Made by a program: the position numbers and the translations under genes | From: Paraspadella gotoi | Lineage: Eukaryota; Animalia; Chaetognatha | Assembly (NCBI GenBank): GCA_051294375.1 | Contig: CM119270.1 | Coordinates: 14,561,164 to 14,625,163 of the forward strand | Reading direction: 5' to 3' | Length of the DNA stretch: 64,000 nucleotides | The notes under the pieces: generated by a model | What the model was told of the DNA's origin: nothing | Seen by the model: the letters and a program-made list of their open reading frames with translations, nothing else | The model's database searches: none | Shown here: piece after piece, positions 28,536 through 60,500 of the stretch | How positions within the stretch are numbered: the first letter of the stretch is position 1 | How the letters are laid out: each line of letters begins with the position of its first letter

Positions 28536-29129
28536 TAACAAACGTAGTCTTTACATAGATAATTTGGATTTTGTAAGAATGAACACGAATATTTATGCCT
28601 CAGTGATATTTAGCTCTGTAATTTGTATAGTAAATATTGACATTAACCTAAGAAAGTCATACAAGTTTTATTTAAAAAAACCATGATAACAGTAACAACG
28701 CAGAGTGATACAATAAAATGACCTAATAAGACATCAAAGCTCTATAGAAATATACACGACATGACTGATATGACTGAAATGACGTAAATGACATAAAATG
28801 ACATAAAGGATAAAATGAAAAAAAAGGAGGTGTTACATATTTTCTTATAACTCTTTTATCATTTTTTTATAGTTATGTATCTGTCTTCTTCGGAAATTTC
28901 ACAAATAATTAATGTCGTGATAGATTCCAAGAATAAAAATATCACTCCAAAACTTCCATTAACTCTTGTCCAGCTTTAATAAACTATATGAAATAGTATT
29001 TTTAAAACAATTCTAAAAATATTTGTTTTTACTGTTCTAAAATTAACTATTTAAAAAAACTGCAATATGCAAATGAGATTTTCGAATAAGGTTTTTTTTC
29101 ATGTGGAGTAGAGAGAGAGGACGAGATGA

Positions 29130-29184
<55 letters not shown>

Positions 29185-30205
29185 TAGAACATGTGGCTTA
29201 AATATCTGTACTTACATCCCAAGCTCATATCTGCCGACTACTCATCCTCCTTTTCTTCCTCCTCCTCCTCATCCGGACGTGCACGATCTTTCGATCGAAT
29301 TCTGTTCTTCACAACGAAATGTACAGAGAGGAAGTCAGGGGAAAACAACGCATTGTGGCGGTTGTTGTTTAAGCTGTTGTTGTTATTACATGGTACTTTC
29401 AATTCCTCTCTTGTTCTCTCTCCTTTTTTTTTTCTGGAATTCCGTCCCAAGCTTTCTTTCTTTCCGATATGTATCTCCTTTGCTCTCATTAGCTAATTTT
29501 ATAGCATTTTATGTTTTATTTTATATTTTATTTTTTTTATTGTTTATAAATGCTCAATACGATTCTTATATCTCTCTTTAGTGTTATGTTATCCTTTTGT
29601 TTCAGGGGCTTCCCCCCATCGACGGCGGAGACACTGGCGAGGTGGGCGGTGACTCCAGAGGGACAAGCAAACAAAAAGACATAGAGAGTTAGGAGGTAAG
29701 AATAGATAAAACGTCTTCTAAAAGTAATATAAATAATAATTAATTGTATATATTTTATATTGAAAAAAATATAATCTATGATACGTCTAATTCGACCATA
29801 TTGTAGTGAATCAAATGACGAAGACGATGACAAAGACGACGACAAAGTCAACGACAAACCGACGACGGTGACCTTACCATTCACCACTTGTGAATCTCCC
29901 CACTCGCTCTTATTTAAAATCCTTTCGGAAATATAAATTTGAAGATTTCAAAAGCAAAAAAGTATTGAAATGTCAAAAATTGTCGTATCTCAGATCTTAT
30001 CTCCGAAGTTATGATATTTTTTGTATCTAATTAGTGTTTTATATTGCCATAGCCATCTCCACCGGTCCTCCATTGACAGGTTCTTCCTATCCCCGGACGT
30101 CGTCCCTCGCCCCCCGGACGTCATCCGTGGTCGACAACCCACAACCCCCTCGCCCCCCGCCACCTCTCCACCCTCCCCTCCACGCCCTCCGCCCACCTTT
30201 CCAAG

Positions 30206-47660
<17,455 letters not shown>

Positions 47661-50600
47661 TGCCGTAATGCTCTAACGTTTTCAAAACAGCGTTTCGCTG
47701 TCACTTGCCGGAAATGCCGCGACCCCGAACGACTTGAATAGCCGGAAACAACGTTGAAGAAATTCGAGATCCGTCCGGAAGAAACAAGGATCCCAATGTA
47801 GCTTCGATTTAAGGGGATATCGTGTGATATTCCTAAAATATTAACATCGAAACGTAGTTATCCAAACGTGAGAGTTGACCGTCGTACATCCACTAAAAAA
47901 TCGTATTTAATCTAGACCTAATTTTTTTTTTTCTGCGCACAAAATTTTCTTTTTTCATTATAGATTTATAGCGAAAATATAAATGAATGATTTTCTAACA
48001 AAAAAGAGATTTCCAATGGTACAAATCCTTTTTTTTAAACTTCATTCAGTTAGAAACCGTTAACACAATTGAATTCAATTCGGATACAAATATATCCTCA
48101 CATACAAACGCACATGTAAACCACGACTCATTCGTCCAAGGGCTATTTATTGTTATTGTTTTTTGTGCTTATTTATTCATTTAACAATGTTTTTTCTTTC
48201 CCCATTTTTGTAAATAAGCGAAAATTGATTTTTGTAACTAATTTCGCGAGAGTCACAACACAGTTGAATTCGAGGCCTTTTCACTTTACAGCTGTAGTTT
48301 TTTTTCCTATTTTTATTTTTTTTAACCAGAATTGTATATTTTTTTATTGATTATTGTATTTTTTTTGTTTATTTTCGAGTGTGAAAGTTTTTCCGCGTTG
48401 CAACTGCTTTTTTTTACAATCGAGTCATGTCCTTTATATTCCTTTTAAAGTTTGCCGAGACGTTTTTGTCGTTCCTTCCCGCTATCTCTCTCCCTCTNNN
48501 NNNNNNNNNNNNNNNNNNNNNNNNNNNNNNNNNNNNNNNNNNNNNNNNNNNNNNNNNNNNNNNNNNNNNNNNNNNNNNNNNNNNNNNNNNNNNNNNNNNN
48601 NNNNNNNNNNNNNNNNNNNNNNNNNNNNNNNNNNNNNNNNNNNNNNNNNNNNNNNNNNNNNNNNNNNNNNNNNNNNNNNNNNNNNNNNNNNNNNNNNNNN
48701 NNNNNNNNNNNNNNNNNNNNNNNNNNNNNNNNNNNNNNNNCTCTCTTCTCTCTCTCTCTCTCTCCTCCTCGTTCTCTCTCTTGTCTAGTCGTCGCTCTTT
48801 CTTTCTCTCTCACTATCATCTTCTCTTACCCTCTCCCTCTACCCTTGTTTCTCTCTCTCTTCTCCCCTCTCCTTATCTCTCTTTCTCCACTCCTACTCGT
48901 TGCATGTTATAGTTGTACATATACGTATATATGTAATCATGTTCGCAAAAATCTCCCTTGGATTTTCATGTCCGAATGTTACATGACATCATAAATCACT
49001 CGCCCACTCCACAAAAACAAAAGATTACAAAGACGCCGGCGACAAAGACAACGGCTGAAGCCACCACTACTTCGACAATACGAGGAAGATAGTCGTGAAT
49101 AAAAGCGAAGGTTTAAAAGAGAAAAACGTTACGATAACATTCGAGTACATGCGGAGATCTCAGATGACTTTACAGGACATTAAATTTGTCTCACACGTAC
49201 CAGTGAGCTATATTTGTAAATAGTAATAAGTACATTATAGGCTGAAATTTTAAAATGGAAATTTCACAATTTTAAGACCGGATTTAAAATCATTACAAAA
49301 AGTATAATTCTTCTTTCAAAATTCTTTCATTAAGTTGGTAAAAAATTTTAAAAAATATATTTAAGATTACTATTTTTAATTTTTAGCTTAAACATTTTTT
49401 TTTATTATTTTAACCTACTTAATGACATAATTTTTAAAAAAGATTTTATGAGGAATCTGATCGATCCGGTATATATATATATATATATTATTAACAGATA
49501 GTACCATTTTAAAATTTTATTAAATAAAAAACGTTTTGTTGTCTAATGTCTATTTAAGCCAAAAGAATGTGGTTTTGCCTTTTACTGAAGTAATCATTGA
49601 TTTATTCACCACCAAACGCCTTTCGAATTTAAAGCTTTGTATCGCGTTAACCGCGCGAATTCCTTGAAAAAAAAAGTCCAGTTTTCTAAACGGCTGCCAT
49701 TTTTTTTTCTTGGAAAAGAACCGGTTCTTTTAAGCGCCTCACATCCGCAGAATTGCGCGGGATTCTTTAAATGGGATCCGCTTCGCGAATAAAAAAAAGG
49801 ATTTCTTTTTTCCTTTCACTCTTTCTCGCTCGATCGCTTGGGTTCTCCGACTCTTCTTTCCTCTGCTTCTTTTTGAATTCGATGCAAAATTTAAAAAAAC
49901 AAAAATAATTTACATATTGATGCAAAGACCAATCGCAAAGATGCCACCTAGGAAAAAAAAATTAAATAAATCGTTCCAGTATTTTTCTTTAAGCTTGTGC
50001 TGCCCTCACTTTGTTTAGCCCTCGTCATATGGTCCTAATTAAAGTCTATTGTCTCATCTTTACACTTTAAATTCGTCCCGATCATTTCATTTTCCTTTTC
50101 TCTTCCCATCCTCTNNNNNNNNNNNNNNNNNNNNNNNNNNNNNNNNNNNNNNNNNNNNNNNNNNNNNNNNNNNNNNNNNNNNNNNNNNNNNNNNNNNNNN
50201 NNNNNNNNNNNNNNNNNNNNNNNNNNNNNNNNNNNNNNNNNNNNNNNNNNNNNNNNNNNNNNNNNNNNNNNNNNNNNNNNNNNNNNNNNNNNNNNNNNNN
50301 NNNNNNNNNNNNNNNNNNNNNNNNNNNNNNNNNNNNNNNNNNNNNNNNNNNNNNNNNNNNNNNNNNNNNNNNNNNNNNNNNNNNNNNNNNNNNNNNNNNN
50401 NNNNNNNNNNNNNNNNNNNNNNNNNNNNNNNNNNNNNNNNNNNNNNNNNNNNNNNNNNNNNNNNNNNNNNNNNNNNNNNNNNNNNNNNNNNNNNNNNNNN
50501 NNNNNNNNNNNNNNNNNNNNNNNNNNNNNNNNNNNNNNNNNNNNNNNNNNNNNNNNNNNNNNNNNNNNNNNNNNNNNNNNNNNNNNNNNNNNNNNNNNNN

Positions 50601-53519
50601 NNNNNNNNNNNNNNNNNNNNNNNNNNNNNNNNNNNNNNNNNNNNNNNNNNNNNNNNNNNNNNNNNNNNNNNNNNNNNNNNNNNNNNNNNNNNNNNNNNNN
50701 NNNNNNNNNNNNNNNNNNNNNNNNNNNNNNNNNNNNNNNNNNNNNNNNNNNNNNNNNNNNNNNNNNNNNNNNNNNNNNNNNNNNNNNNNNNNNNNNNNNN
50801 NNNNNNNNNNNNNNNNNNNTTCGTTTCACTCTATCTTTGTAAATGGGTTTATTTGTGGTTAGTTTCTAAGAAGAAAATATTTACGGCCTTTAGTGATAAT
50901 CTAAGCTCAAATTTATGTTGTAAAAAAGCTTATTTCACAAGTTACCTGACATCTCATTCACTGGTCGCGGGTTTTACGAGTGCAATTATTTTTCAAATGA
51001 GATAACAAGATCTAGTGATGATGTTATGAAATTATGACATTAAAAACTTTAAAATATTATGTTTATTTAAATTAGTTAAAAAGTATTTAAAAAAAAAATT
51101 TCTCCAAAACCTGCGCCAAATTAAAACCGTTCCGCTTCAAAAGCAAACGAGAAAAGTTCTTCGGAAAGTTGTAAATAAAAAATATTTTGCGCGGATTTAA
51201 AAGTGAAATCGTTTGGCTTTTAAGACAACCAACTTTCCGGTTGACTGCCCAAACGACTACGCGACAAGTAAACACAGAAAAAAAAAATCGCGCAAAAAGA
51301 AGAAAAAAAAAAGCAAGACAAAACGAAAGCGACCCGAGTGACATGTCGTCCAAATTCGCGATTCCATTTTACCAAAACAGTTGAATCCACAAAAAAAAAA
51401 AAAAGACGCCAACCGAATGGAATGTCACAGACCGAGAGTTATTCCCTCATGCCCATGATCTCATTACCAGCCCTTCGTTGCTCTCCATTCATGCGCGCCA
51501 AGTCTCAGACCGGAGCGAACGTTTNNNNNNNNNNNNNNNNNNNNNNNNNNNNNNNNNNNNNNNNNNNNNNNNNNNNNNNNNNNNNNNNNNNNNNNNNNNN
51601 NNNNNNNNNNNNNNNNNNNNNNNNNNNNNNNNNNNNNNNNNNATTATGTAAAATAATTCTAGCGGATGTGCACCAAGAAATTAACGAACGAATCCGGACA
51701 AAACATTGAAAAAGCGAATAAATATTTTGAAAATAAGGAACATTGACAAAATACTTTTGAAAATCGCGCGATTTGAGCGAGGAGAATTTTAATAACCAGA
51801 CCCCAAAAGGAGGTTCAAGGAATAAAAAGAGAGTGAGAGAGAGAGAGAGAGAGCGTCTCTTTTCCTCACATCACGGCCTCCGTAAAAACATCCACAAAAA
51901 AAGAAGGTCATGTTTGAGAGAGATGAATAAAGGAAGGCCCTTCGATCGTTGGAAGGAAGATCGGATGGGGAGATTTTCCCAAACATAAAGACAACACGGG
52001 ATTTTTTTTCCTTTTTATTTATTTTTAAGTTTTTTTGACTTCTATTTAATCCATTTAAATACATCCTACTATTCATGTCACCACTAGATCTTATGTAAAT
52101 TTAAAAAGCATGGCGAAAAGTATTATTCCTTTTACTAAATTTTAAAGAAACAAGAATGGTNNNNNNNNNNNNNNNNNNNNNNNNNTATGGTAAATTCAAA
52201 TGTGTTGCGCCGAAGTGACTGCCTTATCCACATTTAGGTTTCTTGTGATATGATATGACATGAATGCATGACTACACAATAACTTATTAAACTTACTTAA
52301 CTTTCTTATTTATGACAATGCACTGCATGCAAAAATTCGTCTTTTATTCCTTATAGTTTTAGGAATTTCCCTGAGGGCGGCCGCTAGCAGTCGTCTTCAC
52401 GAATTTGCGGTTTTTTTCTGCATCCTTAGCAAATGAGCATCAAAGCCAACGCCTGTAAGCAAATGTAATATGTTGCATTTTTTTTAGTAGAGAAAGCACG
52501 TCAACGGTGCTGAGTTTACCTATGCCGCATGTGAGTGATCGAACGAGGACACTAATCCAATACCGGAGACGACGAGAACGGAACGCAACTGCAGTAGAAG
52601 ATGTATATTAATGAGTTGCAGACTTGACTACGGACCAGATATCGGATTGGAGTCATTGTTCCATGACGATCGAGAGATGTGGGGTGCGCTGTACATAAAC
52701 TATGAGCTTTATAATAGATTTCACGAAATGATATCGAGGAACCTTAATCGTAGATTTCCGTCTTGATAGTCTTATTGTGAAAGATAATCTCTTACCACCT
52801 CACAAAAAATCTGTATGAACAAAACGTAGAAAAAGTCATGTGACAAGCGCGAGGAAATTAATGAAAAAATCCATGATTGTTTAGTAAAATCAGTGGCGCC
52901 GATATAAGTGAAATAAAAAATTTGCAAAACCGGACGAAGAGAGGAGACGGAAAGAGAGAGACAGAAGGAGGACGAGGAGAGAGAGAGACAGAAGAGAGAG
53001 AGAGATGAGGAGAAGAGGAGAGAGGATGGAGAGAGAGAGAGGCAGGACAGAAAAAATTCCTATATTTTTTCTCCACAACCGGGGAAAAGTAAAAAAACCA
53101 CAGTTTTGTTTCAACCTTGGAAGCGACCGAGAGCGCGCGGGATTTTCCTCCATATTGCACGCCTTCCTGACAAAATAGGTACAAAAAAAAAAAAAAGGGA
53201 GAAAAGCCATCCATTGACTGAAAAAAAACCACAGTTTTTTCAACCTTGAGCGAGAGAGCGCGGGATTTTCCCTCCCATTCTTCGCACCTTCCTGACAAAA
53301 GGTAAAAAAAAANNNNNNNNNNNNNNNNNNNNNNNNNNNNNNNNNNNNNNNNNNNNNNNNNNNNNNNNNNNNNNNNNNNNNNNNNNNNNNNNNNNNNNNN
53401 NNNNNNNNNNNNNNNNNNNNNNNNNNNNNNNNNNNNNNNNNNNNNNNNNNNNNNNNNNNNNNNNNNNNNNNNNNNNNNNNNNNNNNNNNNNNNNNNNNNN
53501 NNNCCTAACTCGCGAGGCC

Positions 53520-53717
53520 ATTATTCATCGCGTAACGTTATTCCCCCTAATTGGTCACGAACCCGATTCCAGCTTACCGACCCGACGAACGAAGAGACGT
53601 CCTTGAGAAATGCCTCGCTTCCATTTATTCCATCGACTTACCTCAACCAACAAGACTCGAAGACTCCCGTTAGTTCTACTACCTTTTTCTAAATTCACTG
53701 AGATTTCAACTTTACTC

Positions 53718-53787
<70 letters not shown>

Positions 53788-56700
53788 CGACGACGACGAC
53801 CAGTTGCAGAGTAAATGGTGCGGCTATTTGCGCGTCTGTCTTTCTGTCCGTCGATCTGTCTGTCTCTTATTTTGTCTTTCTGTCTTTATCAAGCCAACAG
53901 GCGTAACCTTGATACAATTCTGATCTCTCTTTATACATTAGACGTTGATGAAAAAAACGCAGCGCCACCAAACAATTTTTCATAAACGCAGACAACGGAA
54001 GATAAATGTAATATTACAAAGATAAATGTGATATTACAAAGCCGCCCGTGAGGGCCTAACATCCAAATCTCTCCCAATATTTCGACGTTGAGACCTTGAG
54101 TCGTTGCATCGCGAAAAAAACCTCGAGACCCGATGACCTTTTGGACGAAATGCTCGAAGACCTCGAAACCGGGAGACCCTCGGCTGACCCCACACGTCCG
54201 ACCCGCAAACCCAGGGGAAGGTCGACTCGAGGATTGGGTGACCCCGTTTCGAAACTCGTCCGCTGGAGGGCGAAACGGGGATCGCGGCCCTTAAATAAAT
54301 TCCGGGTTGAGGAATGAAAGGAAAAGGAAGAGGTGGAAAGGAAAATGAGAAGAAAGAAAGGAAAAGAAAAGAAAAGTAAAAAAAAGAAAGGAAAAGAAAG
54401 GAAAAGGACAACAAGAAAAGTACGACAAAAAAATAATAAAGAATATTAGAAATTAGAATGTACATAGCAAAAAACGGAACGAAATTTTTAAGGGAAAAAA
54501 GATTGAAAAGATGAAATAAAAACTAAAATTAAAGACTTAATGATGAAAGAAGCAAATGCGATAGGCAGTAAAAGACGGAAGAGAACAAATTTTTAAAAAA
54601 ACACAATCCAAAAAGGGAAAACTTTGATTTTTCGGCGAATAAAAAAATCGTTGTCAGAGCGAAAAAGACGGGATTTAGTTTGTCTTCAAGAAAAGAGGAT
54701 AGAAAGCGGCAAAGTGACTAAAGAGGTTGAAGCGGAGAAAAGCGGAAATGGCGGAAGCGGTGGAAGCGGTTGAAGAAGAGGAAGGGGTAGAATAGTGAAT
54801 ACAGCCTGGTGCAGAGATGGATATGACAGTAGCAACAAAAGTGACTTAAGTGGAAGTTAAAACGAATGAAGCGGAAATATATTTTGCAGCGGAAGTGGCG
54901 GAAAAAGGAGGATTGGATCAAATGACAAAAGCAGGTGGCAAAAGTAGAAGTGGCAAAAGAGGTGATGGAAGCAGCAGTGGTGAAAGCGGCAGTAAAAGTA
55001 GCAGCAAAGCTGTTGCAAAAACAACTGTGGAAGCAGCGGCATAATTGGTGGCAAACACAGCAGCTAAAGTAGTGGCGAAAGCGATGGCAGAAGCGGAAGC
55101 GGAGCCGGTTGGGAAAGCGGTTGGCGGAAGCGACGAAAGTGGAGGCGGTGGCAAAAGCGACTGGCGGAAGCGATGGCAGAAGCGAAAGTGTAGGCGGTAG
55201 CCAAAGCGGCTGCTGGAAGCGGCGGAAACGGCGGAAGCGACGCCGACTTGACGAAGACAAAGTCGCCTTCGACATGAAAACTGCTTCTCTCGACGACGTC
55301 GTTTCGAAACGAAATGATTCGAACGCCTCCCGTCCGTACGCGTACGGGGCGACGACGCGACTTATTTCGTACGAACGATGAGTCCGCGTAAACGACTGAC
55401 GTTGAAGGCGAACGAACAAAGGAAAAAAGATGAATTGACGCGATGAAAGTCGTTGAAGGGATTGAAATAGCGAAAGTCTTGTTTGACGCTGCTGCTTAAC
55501 GAGAGGGAAAACCTCGAACGATGAGTAAACAGACGTTTTGATGAGCGAGAGAGAGAGGGAGAGAGAGAGAGAGGTGGATCGAAAATGAATTGAATAAACA
55601 AAACGAAAAACCTTGCTGAGATATATGCGACTTTGCGGCTGAAACTAACAACGTCGAGAGAGAGAAAAAGAATTCTGTGTCGCAAAAAAAAAAATGAAAT
55701 GATCTCGCAGACGGTTGAGCAGATTCGCTGATTGGATTCGAGCTTCGATTGCAAACGAACCTCGTCTCAAAGATTAAAGGAAAAAAAGAGAAAAGCATCC
55801 TCTTTCCACCTGCTGTCTCGCTGCTCAATGTCTCCGCTCGACCTCGGAGCTTTATAGGCCTTTGTGTGTGTGTGTGTGACCTGGCTTGTGTGTGAAAGGC
55901 TGTCTGGAAGGATAGAGGTATAGAGAAGAGAGGAAAACATGAGAGGGGAAATAGTAGAGGGGATACGGGAGAAGGGATAAGGGAGAGGGGATGATGGTGA
56001 GGGAATAGAGAAGAGGAGATACAAGATTGAAAGAATAGAAGGGAGGGAAAAAGCGAGCTAAGAAAAACGAGAGACTGATTCATGCATACATAATTCCCGT
56101 TTCACTCTATGTAGTTTAGCTAAAACTGTCACACTTCGTCCTTGTCTCCGTTGTGGTTGTTGCCTCCGTTGTTGTTGTTGTCACATTCATTGTTGTCGCA
56201 AGACTAAAACCGTGCTAAGAATTTTTGACTTTTTTCCGATGGAGTCAAAATGGTTGAGAAATTCATAGTTTTGAATATTGGATAGAAATTTTGACTGATT
56301 TCAAAAATGACATCGTCTGAATGCGTTTCAATCAAAAATAGCACAAAACAAAAAACAATAATTTTGATTCAGGGAATTTTTTAGTCGAAAAGAAATGAAA
56401 TATTCGGCGGNNNNNNNNNNNNNNNNNNNNNNNNNGAAAAATTCGAAAGCGAAATTCTGTTTTTAATTAAGTTTTCTACTGGCTTTTTCTCCTCTCTCAT
56501 CTCCACTCTCTCTCTCTTTCTCCTCTCTATTTCTCTCTCTATCTCTCTCGTCTCCCACCGTCGCGCCCCACGCCTACAGGATGCGCTCTGTTCTTCTTCT
56601 TCTTCTTTTTCTTTCTATCTTCTCCCTCATCTCTCTCTCCATCTCGTCTCTCTCTCGTCTCTCTCTCTCTCTCTACGCAGTCCATCTTCTCTCCTCGCTG

Positions 56701-57109
56701 TCAAAGACTTTACAAATCTTGCCGCCCTCTCGGCAAAGACGTCCGCCCACTCTCCTCAAACTGAGTTAGGAGTTGAAGAAGCTAAGAAAACTTGTAAAGT
56801 CCTTCCCTTTACGATGAATGATGCATGTTCTTTTTTCTTCTCTCTCTCTCTCTCCTCTCTCTCTCTCCTCTCCTCTTCCTCTCCTCGATCCTCTCCGTTC
56901 TTCTACTCTTCTCTCTCGCTCTCCTCTCCATCTCCTCTCGCCAGCTCCTCCTCTCATCGCCGCGCACTCACACATCGTCATTTACGCGGCGACTGGCGTT
57001 GCCATAGAACCGAAGGCGGCGTCCGAAGATATAATGGTTTCCGTCCGTAAAATGGAAAATGTGTCACCCTCAGTTCGAAGTGTGGAGGCGGAGTGGAGTG
57101 AGAGAGAAG

Positions 57110-57146
<37 letters not shown>

Positions 57147-57165
57147 AGGAAGGGAAAAAAGAGAG

Positions 57166-57197
<32 letters not shown>

Positions 57198-57450
57198 GAG
57201 AAGAGAGAAAACCTTGGCCATCATCCATCTAGTAAGGGAGTGACTTTACAAGTTTCTTAGCTTCATTCAAACTCCTAACTCATTGAGGAGGAGTGGGTCG
57301 GTACGTTCTTTTGCCGAGAGAGGGCAAGCAAGATATTTTAAAAAAGACTTGACAGGACGAGAGAGAGAGAGAAGCTACGAATGTAGAAATAGTCAATGAT
57401 GGAGAGAAAGAAGGAGAAGAGGAGGAGGAGGAGGGGGGAAGTAGGAAGAG

Positions 57451-57508
<58 letters not shown>

Positions 57509-57517
57509 AGAGAGAAT

Positions 57518-57554
<37 letters not shown>

Positions 57555-60500
57555 AGAAAAGGCCAAGTAGAAAACTTAATTTAAAAACAGAATTTCGCAT
57601 TGAAATTTTCCCCCGCCGAATATTTTCATTTCTTCTTCCGACTAAAAAATTCCCTGAATCAAAATTATTGTTTTTGTTTTGGTGCTATTTTTGATTGAAA
57701 CGGCATTCAGACGATGTCATTTTTGAAATTAGTCAAATTTCTATCCAATATTCAAACTATGATTTCTCAACCATTTTGAACTCCATCGGAAAAAGGTCAA
57801 AAATTTCTTAGCACGGTTTTATTCTTGCGAAACACAATAGAATTGACAACAACAACAAACGAAGGCACAACCACAACGGAGACAAGGACGAAGTGTGACA
57901 GTTTTAGCTAAACTACATAGAGTGAAACGGGAATTATGTATGCATGAATCAGTCTCCCTCGTTTTTTTTCTCTAGCTCGCTTTTTCCCCTCCCTTCTATT
58001 CTTTCAATCTGTATCTCCTCTTCTCTATTCCCTCACCATCATCCCCCTCATACCTTATCCCTTCTCCCTATCCCCTCTACTATTTCCCCTCTCATGTTTT
58101 CCTCTCTTCTCATCCATATACCTCTATCCTTCCCAGACGCCTTTCACACACAAGCCAGGTCACCACACACACACACAAAGGCTCATAAAGCTCCGAGGTC
58201 GAGCGGAGACATTGAGCAGCGAGACAGCAGGTGGAAAGAGGATGCTTTTCTCTTTTTTTCCTTTAACTCTTTGAGACGAGGTTTCGTTTGCAATCGAAAG
58301 CTCAATCCAATCAGCGAATCTGCTCAACGTCGGCTGCGAGATTCATTTCACTTTTTTTTTTTTTTTTTTTTTGCGACACAACATTCTTTTTCTCTCATCC
58401 TCGGACGTTGTTAGTTTTTTTCAGCCGCAAGTCCAATATATCTCAGCAAAGGTTTTTCGTTTTTTTATTCCGAATTCAATTTTTCGATCCACCTCTCTCT
58501 CCTCTCCCCTCTCATCTCTCGCTCATCAAACCGTTCTGTTTACTTCATCGTTCGAGTTTTTATTTTACCCATCTCGTTAAGCAGCAGCGTCAAACAAGAC
58601 TTTCGCTATTTCAATCACCTTCAACGACTTTCACTCGCGTCAATGTTCCATCTTTTTTTCCTTTTGTTCGTTCGCTCCTTCCAAGCGTCTAGTCGTTTAC
58701 GCGGACTCTCGTTCGTACGAATATAAGTTCGCGTCGTGCGGGGCGTCGCCCTGTACGCGTACGGACGGGAGGCGTTTCGAACATCATTTTGTTCCGAAGA
58801 CCGTTCACGCCATCCGTCGAGAGACACGCAGATTATTACCATGTGTCGATACCAGGCGACTTTGCTCTTCGTCAAGCTCGGCGCTCGCTTCGCGTCCGTC
58901 TTTCCGACGCTTCCAGCAGGCGCGCTTATGGCTTCACCGCTGGCTACGGTTCGTTTGTTGCGGGGGCACTACACATTTACACGTTTCGCTTCTAGCTTGC
59001 CATCGCTTCCGAGCCAGTGTCGCTTTTTGCCCACCGACTCCACATTTCGTCGCTTCCGCCAACAGCTTTCCCCACCAGGCTCCGCTTCCCGCTTCTTGCC
59101 ATCGTTTCGCCACTTTACTATAGTTGGCTGCTATTGTTTGCCGCACCGAAATTATGTCGCTTGCTTCCACAGTTGTTTTTTTTAGCATAGTCAAAAACAA
59201 GACTTTGGTGCTAGGCTCACTCTGTTACTTCTGCTTTTCGCCACCACTCGCTGCTTCCATCACCTCTTTTGCCATCTCTTAGCCGCACTGCTACTTTTTG
59301 CCATCCTGCTTTTGTCATTGATCCAATCCTCGACTTTTTCCTCTGCCCAGCTTTCCGCCTGCAAAAAGATATTGTCCCTTCAATTAATTTCCGACTTCCG
59401 CTTAAGTGCACTTTTGTTGCTACTTGGTCATATCCATCTTCTGCATCCAGCCTGTATTCACTATTACTAACCGCCTTCCTCTTCTTCAAGACCGCTTCCA
59501 TACCGCGTCCCGCCATTTCCGCTTTTCCATCCTCACCTCTTTAGTCCATCTTTGGCCGCTCTTCCGTATTACCGTGCTTTTCTTGAAGACAGGGAGAACT
59601 AATCCCTGTCTTTTTTCCGCTCCTGCAACGATTATTTATTGTGTCTTTTGATTTCGCCCGCGGAAAAAGGAGTCGTAAAGTTTGCCCTTTTTGGAGATTG
59701 TGGGTTTTCTATTCTAAAAAAATTTGGTCTCCTCCGTTCCGTCCTTTGTATCTTGCTATCGCGCATTTGCTCGTTTCATATGGTGTAAGTCCTTTGATCT
59801 TTAGTTTTTATTTAGCCTGCGCGTTTTTACAATCTTTGTTTCCCTTTAAAAATTTCGTTATATTCACGTTTATTTGAGCGTACACTGTACAGTGGTTCTA
59901 GTGATTTTGCTGAATATCCTTGGCCGTCGTGGTGGAGTTTATGTTCTTTTTGGTGCGAGTAGTACTGTGGTTCTCTGATATGTCCCTATTTATGGGGGTC
60001 GTGGCGCGGCGTTCCGTGGGGTTTGTCTTCCTTTCTTTTTTTTACTTTGTCGTTAGTGCTTTCTGTTTCCCTTTCTTTCTCTTCTCATTTTTCCTTTCAC
60101 CTCTTCCCTTTTTCGCCTTTCAACACAATTTATCCTCCTTCAGAAGTGTGCAGCTGCAACCCGGAATTTATTTAAGGAGTGCCCGCGAGTCCGGCCGCAG
60201 AGCGTCATGGCGCGCCCGAATATGGTTCGTGCGGATGAGTACAAGCCGGACGAGTTCGCAAGGGGTCCGACCAAGGGCACAGCCTCGACCGTACGTCGGA
60301 GCCGTTGCACCCGGGGACTGGGGTTGGGGTTTTTCGGACGTGGTGGAGTCAAGCCGAGGGTCTAGCCGGTTTCGAGGTCTTCGAAACATTTCGTCCAAAA
60401 GGTCATCGGGTCTGCGAGGATTTTTTTCACGCGAGTGCACGACTCAAGTCTCAAACGTCCGAAATATTGGGAGAGATGTTGGATGTTAGGGCCCCTCACG

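Noticed and set aside
53090-53312. Two imperfect copies of a unit of about 130 bp
   Set aside because: Abuts an N gap and differs by indels; likely an overlap artefact.
54060-54317. GC-rich ORF (..PDDLLDEMLEDLETG..RWRAKR..)
   Set aside because: In-frame stop just upstream, no ATG or convincing acceptor, no recognised domain, and it lies in an artefact-prone region.
56163-56180. CCTCCGTTGTTGTTGTTG resembling part of the PacBio SMRTbell adapter
   Set aside because: It is not at the palindrome centre, lacks the adapter's flanking stem and is mirrored in the other arm; likely a genomic simple repeat.
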